Positions 12,901-25,104 of a stretch of 64,000 bases of DNA are shown here, in pieces. Under the pieces are notes generated by a model. That model searched no databases, had not been told where the DNA came from, and worked only from the letters and a program-made list of their open reading frames with translations. The stretch comes from Octopus vulgaris (Eukaryota), in contig OX597824.1 in assembly GCA_951406725.2 (NCBI GenBank), forward strand, positions 66,030,001 through 66,094,000, given 5' to 3'. The position numbers were made by a program, and so were the translations under genes. Every line of letters begins with the position of its first letter. Position 1 is the stretch's first letter.

Positions 12901-15900
12901 GGTGAAAATGACCTGCTCACCCAAGCAAGCATAGTGAAATGAACCTTAAAAATTGTGGTATTGAGGGAGTATTATCTTATGCACACTGTCACCTTATTTA
13001 CTGTGCATTGCAACTGGAATGCAGAAAATTACAGATGAATGAAAGGTGAAATCATATACATAGCTGTTTGCGTGTGTGTGTGTGTGTGCATTTGTAAAAG
13101 TGGAAATATGTCAGTATATAGGATGGAATGTGAATGAAAAAAAACACCCTAAAGAATGTTCATTCAAAACACTATCAAATCTGCAACATTCTTTTTTTTT
13201 TTTTAATGACTATTTTCCGTGCTTGCACGGGTTGGATGGCTCCTTTCCAACACTGTTGTGCCACTTGTTCTTTTCCTTTGTCATTTCCTTTTGTTAGGTT
13301 CAGCAACCTGATATCAATTTTCACCACTTCTGCTGTTCATGCCATCTTTGATTTTCCTTTCCCACAGCAGCTCCCTTCCACTTTGATGTTTAGGTACTTC
13401 TTTACTCAACTATCATCAATTATATGAAGCATATGTTCATACCAACGCTGTCTTATACACTACTTCTGATTACTCTCCTATCCAGTTTTTGTTTGATATG
13501 TGCATCATCATTCATATACACTGACATTATCTGCTTTTGTTTGGAGGTAGATGATGCTTCAAGAATCTACTCTTTGTTATCAACAGAAGTAATACCACTC
13601 TGAACTTTTTTCACCTTGTTTTGATTGTGGATACTTTTCTTTCACTACACCTTCCTTCACTGTGTGTGTGTGTGTGTGCGTGTGTGTGTATGTGAGAGAG
13701 AGAGAGAGAGAGAGTTGAAGGAGGATGAGGATAGTCAATAAATTGGTGCATTAGACAAAAATACTTTGTGCTTATATTACTTCGGTGGACATAACCATTC
13801 AGTAAATAGAGATGGATAAAAAAAGTACCTCAGAAAGTATTGGGGCTGATAAACTCAACTTAGATAGTCCACTCTGAGGAACTGCTATCAGTAGAAAAAG
13901 GATAAAAAAATAAGAGGGAAAGTTTCAAAGAGTAGAAGAAACAAACCTTAGTAGCCATTTTTTCATAATGATTTATACATTTTTCATAATATCTCGTCTA
14001 CAAAAGATAAAAAGTAACAAGAAGATCAATAATGAAGAATTTAGAATCAAAATAAGGACTAAACATTCAGCTTGTGGAAGGCTGTATACTGAAATATTGA
14101 TGTCTAATTTTGGCACAAGGCCACTCGATTTATTTTGATTTATTTTATGTTTTAGTGGGGTGTATCATTGATTAAATCTATTCTGGAAGCATGAAAGGAA
14201 AAGTTGATCCCAGATGTAATTAAACTCAGAACTTAAAACACTAAATAATTATCACACAACATGTTGTCTGGCACCCAACCAATTCAGTCAATCACTTTGC
14301 TTTATACATTGAAGTGACACTATATTATTAAATAGTTCTACAGAGTTGATGCATGGGTTTGATGCTTCTACAAATTGTTAGAATAACTGATTTTTATATA
14401 ATGAGGGATTTGGTTAAATTAAGGAATATAGAAGTTTGACTATGATAAGTGATGCTGTATGCTTTGTCTAAGATAAGTAGTTAGATTAATTGAAGTAAGT
14501 TAATGATTAAGTTTTATTTAAAACTTTAGCATTCGGATTATTCTGTCAAATGCAATGTTTATTTATTCACATTATCTTGAATTAATCATGCATTATCTTG
14601 TGGCTTCAAGATTTCAGTGATGTGATGTTTATTTTTACTATAACATTGTAAAGTAGGTGTGAGATGTTGGATCAGGCCAGTTTGAACATAACAAAAGGAA
14701 GAATATTTTGGCTGGATATGGCTGGTTTAAATGATAAAGGGTCAAGGGAACCTAGATTGAAGACCAAAATCATCAGTGTGATATGTCTGGTCTGTTGGAA
14801 CTCAGCTTACTGATGACTGCTACAAAATTTGAACTAATTTCCTTAATTAATTGCATATTGTAGAATCCCCCGCATACACCACAAGCTATTTCAGCAGCTT
14901 GTGGTGTATATGGGAGATTTGAAGTAAGACACCTACCTTCTCTTTGTCCACACAGACCTCTCCGGTGGTAATGCACCCTTCCATGTGGCCCAACCTGAAT
15001 GCTAAAAATAGCAGCTGCTTTTCCCTCACCTTGTCGAAGCACTCACACGTCCAGCACTGTCGGCTACCCCGATTGAAAAAAAAGCCCAATCGTCCCCTGC
15101 CTGGGCATGTGTCATTCCTGCGCCCTTCCTCTTCCGGTCAGCTCCCAAGTTCCAGTCAGCACCCCCAGCTGCTGATGTCATCCCACAAGTACTATCAGTA
15201 ACTGTACAGTGACTGAAAGAACATAAGAGAAAGAATCACTTTTATCAGTTCACAGCATCTACTGCCTAGTGTTTGTGACCAAAGAGGAGATAACCACTCC
15301 AAAATGCTTGCATTTCACAATCCAGATAGGTGGCACCATGAACTAATTTAGGTGTATTTACACCATTTGTCTACAGCGAGAAATTTTCTCTATGACAAAA
15401 CACAGTGAATGGTTTGTTTATGAGTCCAAACATACCACAAGCATATTTGAACTGGTAATGACATTGCAATTAGTACAAATACTGGTGACAGGGTAGATAC
15501 TACCAACCAGTCTGGTTGTTTATCCAGCAGCTAAAGCATGTCAGCCCATCAAAGCAGTAACAGACAGTCAGTCAGTCAATCATCTACACTGAATGACAGA
15601 TGAGTTTCAACACTTACCCAAAAGTAATGAGCGAAGTAGACACGAGCTTTGTACCCTCGCCAGTTTCGCTGAATAACAATAGCAGCATCAGTGCGGAGTC
15701 TACCAAAAGAGAGAAATTATGGAGATTACAGAATTCGCAAATGGGAATTGTGGAAAACTATGTGTGTGTGTGTTTGTGAGATTTAATAGATACAAGATTT
15801 AAAATTAAGCTACTATAAGTTTCATGCTTACAAAAAGTACTATAGATGTGTGCCATGTATTATAGTATAGTGTGCCATGTACCATCAAGCAGTCTTTCAG

Positions 15901-18900
15901 ATTCAGGATACAACACAGTTGTTCTCTGAGAAAAAGCAAGACAAGATGAAAAATTACTTGATAGTATATGACATACTATACAAGGTCACCTGACAATAGT
16001 ACAATTTTAAGTATGAAAATGATAGAAGCTCAATTTTAAACACTGTGTATATTATGATATTTATCTCTCATCAGATAGAGCACATTTTTTGTTGATCCCA
16101 CCAATTGATGAAGCAATATACAATATGTGTGTGTGTGTGTGTGTGTGCATGTATGTATCTTACATTATTTGAAGATTTAATCTGGGGCTTAATGAAGAAT
16201 ATATGAAGCATGCATTACAACAGTATCTAGGATTACATTATCCATATGTTCTCTTTTTATGGGAGAAAGATGAGTAAGTATATTGAGATCAATCCATCAG
16301 GTCATCAATGAACAATTTGTACCACAAGCTACTCTCTTTTTCACTTTGTGTTACGTAGAGTCTTTTGTACTTAAATCCACAGAACAAACATACACACATT
16401 TGCATAACTAACCCTTTTGATACTATCCTGCCAGAAACCACTTCTGGATCTGTGATACAAACATTCTATTTTAAAGTGATCTGAATTAAAAGTTCCCATC
16501 AAAACTTCATGTTACTTTATGTTCCAAACACCAGTTTAATAATGACAAAGTTTCTTCATTATTTTCAAAATTAATTGAAACAAAGACAGTGGTCTTTAAA
16601 CAGAAATATAGTGACAAAAGGGTTACTTTACAGTTTATGAATGTTATAAACCTAAACTCGAATATCAAAGTTTAGAAGGTTTTAATCAACTAAAAATACA
16701 GCAATATACAATACAAACAAAGATTGCTAAATTGTAAGAAAAACCAAACTTCAACACAGTAACATTTTTATGCAGCGAGTTGCTACATTCTAGACTAACT
16801 AAAATCAACGCAAACAGAACAGAACTCCGTGCAGTTGCACTGCAGGCATATAACAGCAATTGAGACAATCAAAATCATGTAATCAAAACAAAAATCACAA
16901 CATTGAATTAATAAACTTAATTTTTGTAACTATTTATTCAATATGTTTAATTTTTCTTATGTTGTTTAGGTAGTTCTAGTTCACCCTAATCCTCCAGAAA
17001 TATGATCAAAGGTGTTCTTGTAACTGCCCTGATTTGTTTTTCATGCAACTGTATCTAGGATTACATTATCCATATGTTCTCTTTTTATGGTAGAAAGATG
17101 AGTAAGTATATTTAGGTTATGCAATTGGTTCGTATAGCTTTCTATGCTTTTTTCTTTCATTTTTTTTTTTACAGGTGTTTAGATGTTAGATTCCTATAGC
17201 TTACTAAGTCTAAAGGGTTTTTTATGGTTCAGCTCCCATTTTCATCATCATCATCATTAATCAACATCCAAATTCCATACTAGCATATGCAGGACAGTTT
17301 GACAGGATCCAAAGGGCTCAAGGACAGCATCGTACTCCAATGTCTGCTTTGGCAAATGGAAGAGATATAAATCTTCCTTTGGATAGGATTCTGGCCTACT
17401 ACAAATAACATTTCCAAATGATCATATGATGCCTATTGTGAAAAGCTATGAGAAATGATGTGAGCAAGTTCATGAGATGTTGAGAACTTTCTAGCTTATG
17501 TGCAGAACAAAAGGGACAGAAAACTGCAGTGATAATTGTTATAAGTAAGCAGCTTACAGCTTACAAAAAGAAAACAAAATAAAAAAGGAAAGTATGAAAA
17601 ATGTATAAAGAAAATAAATTGCTTTAACTTACGCAAACTTTGAATCTTCTATCCAAACTTTGAGTTTGTAAAGAGGCATGCTCAATGGCCTTTGAGCACG
17701 GCTAAAAATTAAAAAAAATTTAAAAATCAAAATATTAAGTTTGTTTTCAAATTCGATCCTCAGAATGATATTTTGAAACGTTATCTTTACATCATGCATC
17801 AAATTCATAAATGTTGTGCTTATATTAATTACATAAGTCCACAACAGTGATTAAATTCAAAACTTCTGAGAGCAGTTCTAACTGACTATTATAGTTTGTC
17901 AATGTTATCCAAGTAGTATACAATGAAACTGTGTTTAACAACAAATTGGTAGTCACCTTAAACAGTCCTGACCATGCAACATTAGCTTAATGATAAAAGA
18001 TTGGCTAGATAGATATAGTGTGCAAATATTGACCAAATACATTTAAATGTTAATAATACAATAAATATACGAGGGTAAGTAAAAAATTATATGCACTTTT
18101 CTTTCTATAATTTATTAAAACAAAAGCAGGGTTTGAACAATTACACCATTTTTCAATATAGTCTCCTTACTCTTTGATGCAATTCTTCCAGTGGCCCACC
18201 AGCTGGCTTATTTCAACAGCAAAGGTTTTCTGCTAGTCGTGCAGCTATTAATGCACCACTTCCTGCACTTTGTCCATAGCAATTCGACAACCTCTCTAAG
18301 GATGTTTGAGCAGTTCTAAAAGGTGATAGTCAGAAAGGGCAAGGTCTAGACTGTATGGAGGGTGTTCCAGCAACTCGAAACCCAATTTTTCAATAGTTTC
18401 AACAGTGCGTGGGGATCATATGTGTTCATTGTCATGTAACATTAACACTTGGTATGACAATAGACCTTGATGTTTGGTGCAAATTGCTGGTTTCAGTTTG
18501 TTGGCCAGCATTTCACTGCTGACAGGAGACCCCTTTCTCCATATAATCTTCCAGTATATGTCCCTTTTGTGCTCCCCAAAACGGTTCACATCACATTCTG
18601 CAGAAGGTTGAGGCTTGAATTTCTTTTTCACTGGTGATTTCTGGTGTTTCCACTCCATGCTCTGCCTTTTAGATTCTGGCTCAGACTGAATATTCATTCC
18701 CAAAAACACTTTGCCTTCATCACTATAGTGGTCGACTAAGCATTGACAGATCTCCACATGACTGTGCTTATGCAATTCGGTAAACTCTCTTGGCACCCAT
18801 CTTGCACAGACTTTACACAAACAAAGCTTGTTGTGGATTTTGTATGCAGGACCATGTCTAATTTGAAGGGGACATGCCACCTCATTGATGGTCATTCATC

Positions 18901-21900
18901 TGTTCGCCAGAACCATCTTTCAAGATTACTGAGTTTTCATGTCAGCGGCGGAGGTTGATTAGCATCCTACTCCCTCTTTGTGATTAACTATTGTTCATCC
19001 ATTTTAAACTTCTCAATCTACTCATAAACATTTCTAAATGATAGAGTGGTGTTCTTGTACTGAAAGCCTGCAATGAATTTGTACTAAAAGCCGGTGATGA
19101 ATTTGTACTGAAAGCATGTGATCAATGGTTTGATTTCACTGAGAAATCAGACCACCGATCTCTCTACAGATGGAGAAGTTAATAATGAAGACCCACTGAT
19201 AACATTAACATGTTAAACTTGGCAAAGGATATTTAACCCTTTAGCATTTAAACCGGCCATATCCGTCCAAAAGTATTCTACCAGTTTTATGTTCAAAATG
19301 GCCAGATCAGGTCTCTCACACCAACCCTACAATATCATTTGAAAAATTAACAGCTACCTCATCAAAATCTCATGGCTACAAGATAATGCCTGATTAGTTC
19401 AAAACAATGTGGATGAAAAGCATTAATTTTGGCAGAATAATGTGAACACTAAAGGGTTAAAAGCCATCTGTTCAACTGATTCTGAGATTTTTCATAATCA
19501 AATTTAATCCAGGTTTCGTTTTTATCAGCATAAATTAAATAAGGTGCATCTGTAGGAAATTTTAGTATATTATCCTTATAATGAATTATTTGTCCAGTTT
19601 TATAATTATCTGGCAGCCCTAGATGAAAAGCAATGACTAAAAAGAGCCTTTAACAAATACTTAGACATTCCAATTGATGGACTTTTTAATGCAGACTTTC
19701 TGTTGTATCATTAGGTTTTATATTGAAGGTCAAACTTCCAATTTTCTTATAACCAAATTGGTTTTAAAGAGCAGTTTTTATTGAAGGAATTTTGCTTCTT
19801 TGTCTGATATTGCTGCTATTAGAACACCAAAATGAAAAATACTAATTTCCTTATATTTTCTGAGCTCTCCCTGGAATATTGAAAAGCATTGGCTGTGTCA
19901 ACTATCATTGACCCATTTTCAACATTTTGTACACATCCCCAGTCTGTATGTAACCTTCCCAGGGTTGTGATGTAGCCGACTCACTGCACAAATATATTGT
20001 CAGTGCATGTCACAAGATCTGATTTAATTCTTCAGTATCTCTGCTAATATTAGGCCACCAAATACAAGCCCTTATTTTATTTTACTCTTATATGTGTCAT
20101 AAATTGTAGAAACCATTTTTGCATAAGATTCAGGAATATATTGCCTATTTTAATTACAGATAAGGTCATTTTCTAAAATAGGTTCAGAAAATGTCTGGCA
20201 AAAAATTGTTCTAAAGGAGTTGGTCTAAACTACTCTTATTTTATGTCAATGCAGTTCTTTAATCCTTTGCCTGTCCAAAGCATTTTCATAAGTTTGTCTT
20301 AAACATCTTTGTTTTCAGATTTTTAGATAGCCCTTGTTTCCTGTGTTCTGTGTAATGTAAAGCTTTTCTTTCATAAAGCCAAAGTTACTCTGGTGGATGA
20401 AAAGAAATTGGAAATGTGTATCATATATGATGCACGGATACCAAGGAAATGTCTTGTGTATCATATTATACACAGGACAGCTAAAGAGTTAAGTAAACGT
20501 AAAGAATACATGTTTTAAAATAATTTTTAATATCTTCAACTGTCTGAACATTAGTAAAAGTTAATTCATCATGAACTAAGTCAGATCAAACATTGCATCA
20601 AACTGAATTGAGTCATACTTTAGTATGAATAGTACTAAAATCAGGCATGTGAATGATTTGGGAATCATTTTAAGGGCCTAGCCAGTAATCTCATGAGGCT
20701 TATCTAGAAACATCAATATCCTTTGCAAAAAATAAATCAAACAACTAATCATTCTCCTGTATGAAAGATTTACCTAATAGAAAATATCTCAATCTTTCAA
20801 CACACCACATCACTCTATAAACTTCAAGTTCAATTTCTCCGTGTACTATCAAATGTATGACTGAATGCTTCACATTTTCCTTTTTGAAACATTATTCTTG
20901 AGACATTCATTATCATCATTTAAAGTCTGCCTTCCATGCTGGCATGGGTTGGACGGTTTGGTAGGAGCCAGACAGGCAAAAGACTACACCTGGCTTCTGT
21001 GTTTGTTTTGGCATGGTTTTTACAGCTGGATGCCCCTTCTAATACCAACCACCCTACAGAGTGGACTGAGTGCTTTTTATGTGGCAGTAGTACAGGTGAG
21101 GTCAGTTTTGACATGGTTTTTATAGCTGGATGCCCTTCCAAAAGCCAACCACTTCACTGTGTGGACTGGACGCTTTTTATGTGGCACCAGCACTGGTAGG
21201 GTCAGCAAGTAATACAATTTATCCCACACTTGGTAAGGACTGTTTAATTTTGTTCGAGTACAATTAATTATGTTAATAAAAGTTAATTCTAATAAACTCT
21301 GCATCTGGGTAATCTTTGATTGCAGAAAATTCACATAAAGAATTAAGTATATTAAGGTTTAGCAAAGACTTATTGGTTCTTTTTGTTAAGGTATTAGATT
21401 CAAACTTAGATTTAAGGCGGCGAGCTGGCAGAAACATTCGCACGCTGGGCGAAATGCTTTGTGGTATTTCGCCCGCCGCTATGTTCTGAGTTCAAATTCC
21501 GCCGAGGTTGACTTTGCCTTTCATCCTTTCGGGGTCGATAAATTAAGGACCAGTTACGCACTGAGGTCAATATAGTCGACTTAATCCGTTTGTCTGTCCT
21601 TGTTTGTCCTCTCTGTGTTTAGCCCCTTGTGGGTAATAAAGAAATAGGTATTAGATTCAAACATTTTAAACTTGAGTTAGGTATTTTTCAAGGTTTAGTG
21701 ATTTTTTTCGTCAACAGTAAACTTTAAATATTCAGTTGAATGACCTTGCTATATTGTAGGCTAAAAAACATCTTGACTGGTACTTTATTTTACTGATTCC
21801 AAAAGAAAGCAAGTCAAAGTTGATGTTGGCAGGATTTGAGTTCAGAATATAAAGAGCCAAAAGAAATGCCTCTAACCATTTTCTCTGACGTGCTAACCAC

Positions 21901-24604
21901 TCTGCCAGCTTGTCTCTCAACCAGTTTACGCTTTTTGTCATCAATAGTTTTGAGTTAAACTATATTAGCTATGCCTCAGTAGAGTAGCCTAGGGTGTGCA
22001 TATCAAGCAAGGTGGCCACTTTATATGTGCATATAATGTAATTAGGACAGTCTTAAGGCACGGGTATACTGTGTAGTCACCCAGGTGCTTCACAAATCTA
22101 GGGGCCCATTTCTGATCTATGTATGCTGTGGCTTGCTATCAATAAATAAATACTATAGGGCCCAGTGTACTGATTTTCCCAAGGGCCGATAACGATGTTA
22201 AGAACGGCCTTTATTGTAATCGAAGTATACCTATTTCTTTACTAACCACAAGGGGCTAAACACGGAGGGGACAAACAAGGACAGACAAACAGATTAAGTC
22301 GATTATATAGACCCAGTGGGAAACTGGTACTTACTTTATCGACCCCGAAAAGATGAAAAGCAAAGTCGACCTCGGCGGAATTTGAACTCAGAACGTAACG
22401 GCAGACGAAATACGGCTACGCATTTCGCCCGGCGTGCTAACGTTTCTGCCAGCTCTACGCCACTGACAGATCTACCAATGTTTATTTTACACCTTTGTTA
22501 GCTGATTATTTAAACTTGCAAATTACATCACGTGTATTTGTTTACATTTGAAGAAGATTGTCACTTTCCGTAAAAGTTTTTTGGCAATCTTTCATCTCTA
22601 GTAACCTTTCCGTCGATTTCCGTAAAACAAATATTTTTTTTACATATGGGCTTGCGGGAACTTTTGAAGTAATGAGAGCGAAAGAGACTAAGAGAAAGCG
22701 ATTGTATGACGAGGGAAGTTCTTTTGAAGTTACCGTGCATGGGAGCATTGATGGACATGTGTGTGTGCGTGCGTGTGTGTGTTTGATGGGGTGTAGGTGA
22801 AGTGCTTCTGTTAGTGTGTGTGAAGAAACAGAGTAATGTGTGAAAGAAAGAGATAACTGAAATTTTTTACTAGGTGTATGTGTATATGTATGTATATTAC
22901 TTCAAAAGTTCCCGCAAGCCCATATGTAAAAAAAAAAATTTTTTTACGGAAATCGACGGAAAGGTCTACTAGAGACGAAAGATCGCCAGTTTTTTTTATA
23001 TAAGTGGGTTAGGGTTAGGGTTACGGTTAGGGTTGGGGGTGAAGGTTTTCTTTTTTCTTCAGAAATGTAAATAAACCCACGTGGGTTTATAAGTGACAGC
23101 TATGTAACTAGTACCGAATGATCGCCAAATATATTCATTTTCTTGAAAGTTAAGACGAAATGACGTGGGCTCCGGTGAATTTTCCGAAATTCCCCCCCCC
23201 CCAAATTAGACCGTATCCTACTATGCCACATATTTTATGCACTTTAGAAATAATTCCTGATGGACAAGGGGCTTTCACAGACTTCATATTCTTAACTGCT
23301 GCAAAAAAAAAAACCAAAAAAAAAATGGCTGGTCCCTCACTTATGTTCACATTAGAACAGCTCTCACACATTTAATAGCCTTTCATATTTGCAAGCCGTT
23401 CATTTTCACTTTTAGATAGTGGGATGGGGTTGCGAGGGGTGTATACTCTTTTACTCTTTTACTTGTTTCAGTCATTTGACTGCGGCCATGCTGGAGCACC
23501 GCCTTTAGTCGAGCAACTCGACCCCGGGACTTATTCTTTTTGTAAGCCCAGTACTTATTCTATCGGTCTCTTTTTGCCGAACCGCTAAGTGACGGGGACG
23601 TAAACACACCAGCATCGGTTGTCAAGCAATGCTAGGGGAACAAACACAGACACACAAACATACACACATACATACATATATATATATACATATATACGAC
23701 AGGCTTCTTTCAGTTTCCGTCTACCAAATCCACTCACAAGGCATTGGTCGGCCCGGGGCTATAGCAGAAGACACTTGCACAAGATGCCACGCAGTGGGAC
23801 TGAACCCGGAACCATGTGGTTGGTTAGCAAGCTACTTACCACACAGCCACGAATCAATTTTGGAGTTTCCTCATAGAATATTTGAAATTAATTATTTTCT
23901 TTTTTCCATATTCTTATAGCCTGTTTAAAATTTTGGCAGAAGACCAGCAATTTTAAGGGGAGTGGGTTAATCGATAACATTGACTCCAGGACATAACTGG
24001 TATTTATTTTATCGATCCCGAAAGGGTTGAAAGGCATAGTCGACCTCGGCGGAATTTGAACTAAAAAGTGAAGAGGCGGAAGAAATGACACGAAGCATTT
24101 TGCCCGACGCGATAACGATTCTGTCAGCTCACTGCCTTTGTCTAATGATAATGACGACTGCTTCAAATTTTTGCACGGTCAGCAATTTTTAGGGGTAGGG
24201 ATTAGTCGATTAGATCGATCTCAGTACTACTCTCTCTCTATCCGCTAAGTCGAAGACCGAAATATGCCAATCTACGCTTGGTGATCCCAGCTTCTAGCGA
24301 CATTTTTGACCTGATCTGCTTAAGAAGTACACTTGTACTTTATTTTATTGGCTCCGAAAGGATGACAGGTAATGTTGACATCGGCGGTATTTCAACTTAG
24401 AATGAAGAGAGTCGGAACAAATACTGCAAAGTAGTTTTCCGATGCTCTAGCAATTGTACCAGCTCCCTGTTTTAATAATAAAAAGAACAACAATGGTAAT
24501 AACTATAAGAAGAAATATCTCGATGTAACTTACTTTCTCTTAACATAAAGCTGTTTGATAAGCTGGCACTCCACCCTGAAATTGAGATACTGTAAATGTG
24601 ACAT
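867..24604 (-). CDS. SPATA17: SPATA17-like IQ-motif protein, copy B (10 coding exons, ~335 aa)
   Basis: Exons 24534-24604, 17633-17701, 15618-15699, 13947-13997, 11243-11346, 10024-10176, 6313-6451, 3817-3962, 2824-2953, 867-929. All are GT-AG, phases are compatible, total 1008 nt with no internal stop. Motifs IQRNWRGYKAR, IQKVWKGYYSRK, HHLISTAVIPGVYNSPF and GPFLNPEQVMRKRYKPLNP match recalled SPATA17. Confidence 0.9.
2824..2953 (-). CDS. SPATA17: SPATA17-like copy B exon 9 (CLPSKVDEPKYEP...YGRLNFRE...GKK)
   Basis: ttccag/gtaagt sites; 130 nt, same length and phase as copy A exon 9. Confidence 0.88.
3817..3962 (-). CDS. SPATA17: SPATA17-like copy B exon 8 (GPFLNPEQVMRKRYKPLNPNLQTET...)
   Basis: ttaacag/gtaaat sites; GPF...RYKPL motif. 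Confidence 0.9.
4712..4934. repeat. ~220-nt imperfect palindrome of Penelope-like terminal sequence with decayed hammerhead cores
   Basis: Arms are reverse complements around TCAGAATTCTGA; CTGAAGA-stem-(G>A)AAAC at 4851-4883. Confidence 0.7.
6313..6451 (-). CDS. SPATA17: SPATA17-like copy B exon 7 (QNHEAENFLK...GLQKPQ)
   Basis: Ends QKPQ|gtag as in copy A. Acceptor is either AAG (exon start 6451) or an in-frame TAG (exon start 6481). Confidence 0.75.
6924..8729 (+). mobile_element. CR1-clade LINE, 5'-truncated, with an intact RT reading frame and (ATT)n tail
   Basis: Frame open from DSKVFWKYV through YRPVSLTS, YLDFAKAF, GVPQGSVLGP, YADD, ERDLG to TRGH; short 3' UTR and (ATT)n tail. Confidence 0.95.
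10024..10176 (-). CDS. SPATA17: SPATA17-like copy B exon 6 (THITEFVKKK...HHLISTAVIPGVYNSPF)
   Basis: attttag/gtaagg sites; conserved IPGxYNSPF motif. Confidence 0.92.
11243..11346 (-). CDS. SPATA17: SPATA17-like copy B exon 5 (IQ3: IQKVWKGYYSRKYILNFYKRK...)
   Basis: catacag/gtaagt sites; 104 nt, as in copy A. Confidence 0.92.
12489..12830 (-). mobile_element. Mariner remnant
   Basis: LVPSDYHLF motif; cgaggatcagctgaaaagttc TIR-like end. Confidence 0.7.
13947..13997 (-). CDS. SPATA17: SPATA17-like copy B exon 4 (TRYYEKCINHYEKMATK)
   Basis: ttttgtag/gtttgt sites; 51 nt, ends MATK as in copy A. Confidence 0.88.
15618..15699 (-). CDS. SPATA17: SPATA17-like copy B exon 3 (IQ2: LRTDAAIVIQRNWRGYKARVYFAHYFW)
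   Basis: ttttggtag/gtaagt sites; 82 nt, as in copy A; canonical IQ motif. Confidence 0.92.
17633..17701 (-). CDS. SPATA17: SPATA17-like copy B exon 2, read in a shifted frame (RAQRPLSMPLYKLKVWIEDSKF); IQ1 vestigial
   Basis: atttttag/gtaagt sites; 69 nt, phase 2-2, open. The other frame holds a decayed IQ (ASLQTQSLDRRFKVC). Confidence 0.7.
18068..19200 (-). mobile_element. Degenerate mariner transposon
   Basis: KVCARWVPR, PESKRQSMEWKH, LHDN and YSxDLAxSDYH motifs; TA-CGAGGGT terminus at 18068. Confidence 0.88.
19233..19460. mobile_element. TTAA-flanked piggyBac-type MITE
   Basis: TTAA|CCCTTTAG...CTAAAGGG|TTAA; other family copies at 36143-36369, ~14520-14745, ~32388-32615 and a split copy at 6761-8785. 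Confidence 0.8.
21413..21650 (+). mobile_element. tRNA-derived SINE, family 1 (Meta-domain-like)
   Basis: GAGTTCAAATTCC B-box; GCCTTTCATCCTTTCGGGGTCGATAAA core; flanking direct repeat aggtattagattcaaac. Confidence 0.85.
22228..22460 (-). mobile_element. SINE family 1, inverted relative to the 21413 copy
   Basis: Reverse complement of 21413-21650; further copies at ~23960-24140, 29198-29400, 35905-36090, 59662-59865. Confidence 0.85.
22582..22988. mobile_element. Foldback/MITE with ~90-bp inverted arms
   Basis: ...cctttccgtcgatttccgtaaaa...acatatgggcttgcgggaacttttgaagtaat is mirrored at 22897-22988. Confidence 0.75.
23440..23850 (-). mobile_element. tRNA-derived SINE, family 2 (CORE-like, with an internal microsatellite)
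   Basis: TGGCTGTGTGGT A-box, GGTTCAGTCCC B-box, accttgggcaagt-like core; copies at 30833-31215, 54945-55605, 59185-59570. Confidence 0.85.
24534..24604 (-). CDS. SPATA17: SPATA17-like copy B exon 1 (MSHLQYLNFRVECQLIKQLYVKR)
   Basis: aaaATG start, gtaagt donor; 71 nt, phase 2, same length as copy A exon 1; LxxQxY pattern shared. Confidence 0.82.
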
Positions 24605-25104
24605 TTTTCGTTATTAATTTCCCTGCGCTGACAAGAGGTTATGACACGGCCACCACTTCACACGATTAATTAAATGGGCAAAACCTCTTTTCCTTTCACT
24701 TTTCCTTAGTAATTTCTAACGAGGAATTCGTTGCGTTCAAATTTCAGAACGCACAACAATGTTAAGGTTTGTTACGAAGAGTGCGTTGATTTTTCTCTTT
24801 TTTTTTTTTTTTGTGTAAGTCTGTTTTGGAGCAGACGACTTCATTATTTGGTCATGCAAATACGAATAACTATATATCGTACAACACACCTCAACATCGT
24901 TGGCAGCACTCAAGAAATGGTATTGGCATACGAACTTTGTTTTTGCGGCCACCCTGTGACCTTGTCGACAGGGTGTTTTCTTTTTATATAAATAAGAGTA
25001 AGAAGAAGTGGGGGATCTTTTCCTTTTGAAGGCCAAAAGGAAAAGATCCGAAGTGGGGGATTCACAACCTTAGACTGAAAATTTTGGGGCGCTGGGAAAC
25101 CTCT

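Noticed and set aside
23005-23036. Telomere or chromosome fusion site
   Set aside because: Only a few degenerate TTAGGG units, embedded in interspersed repeats.
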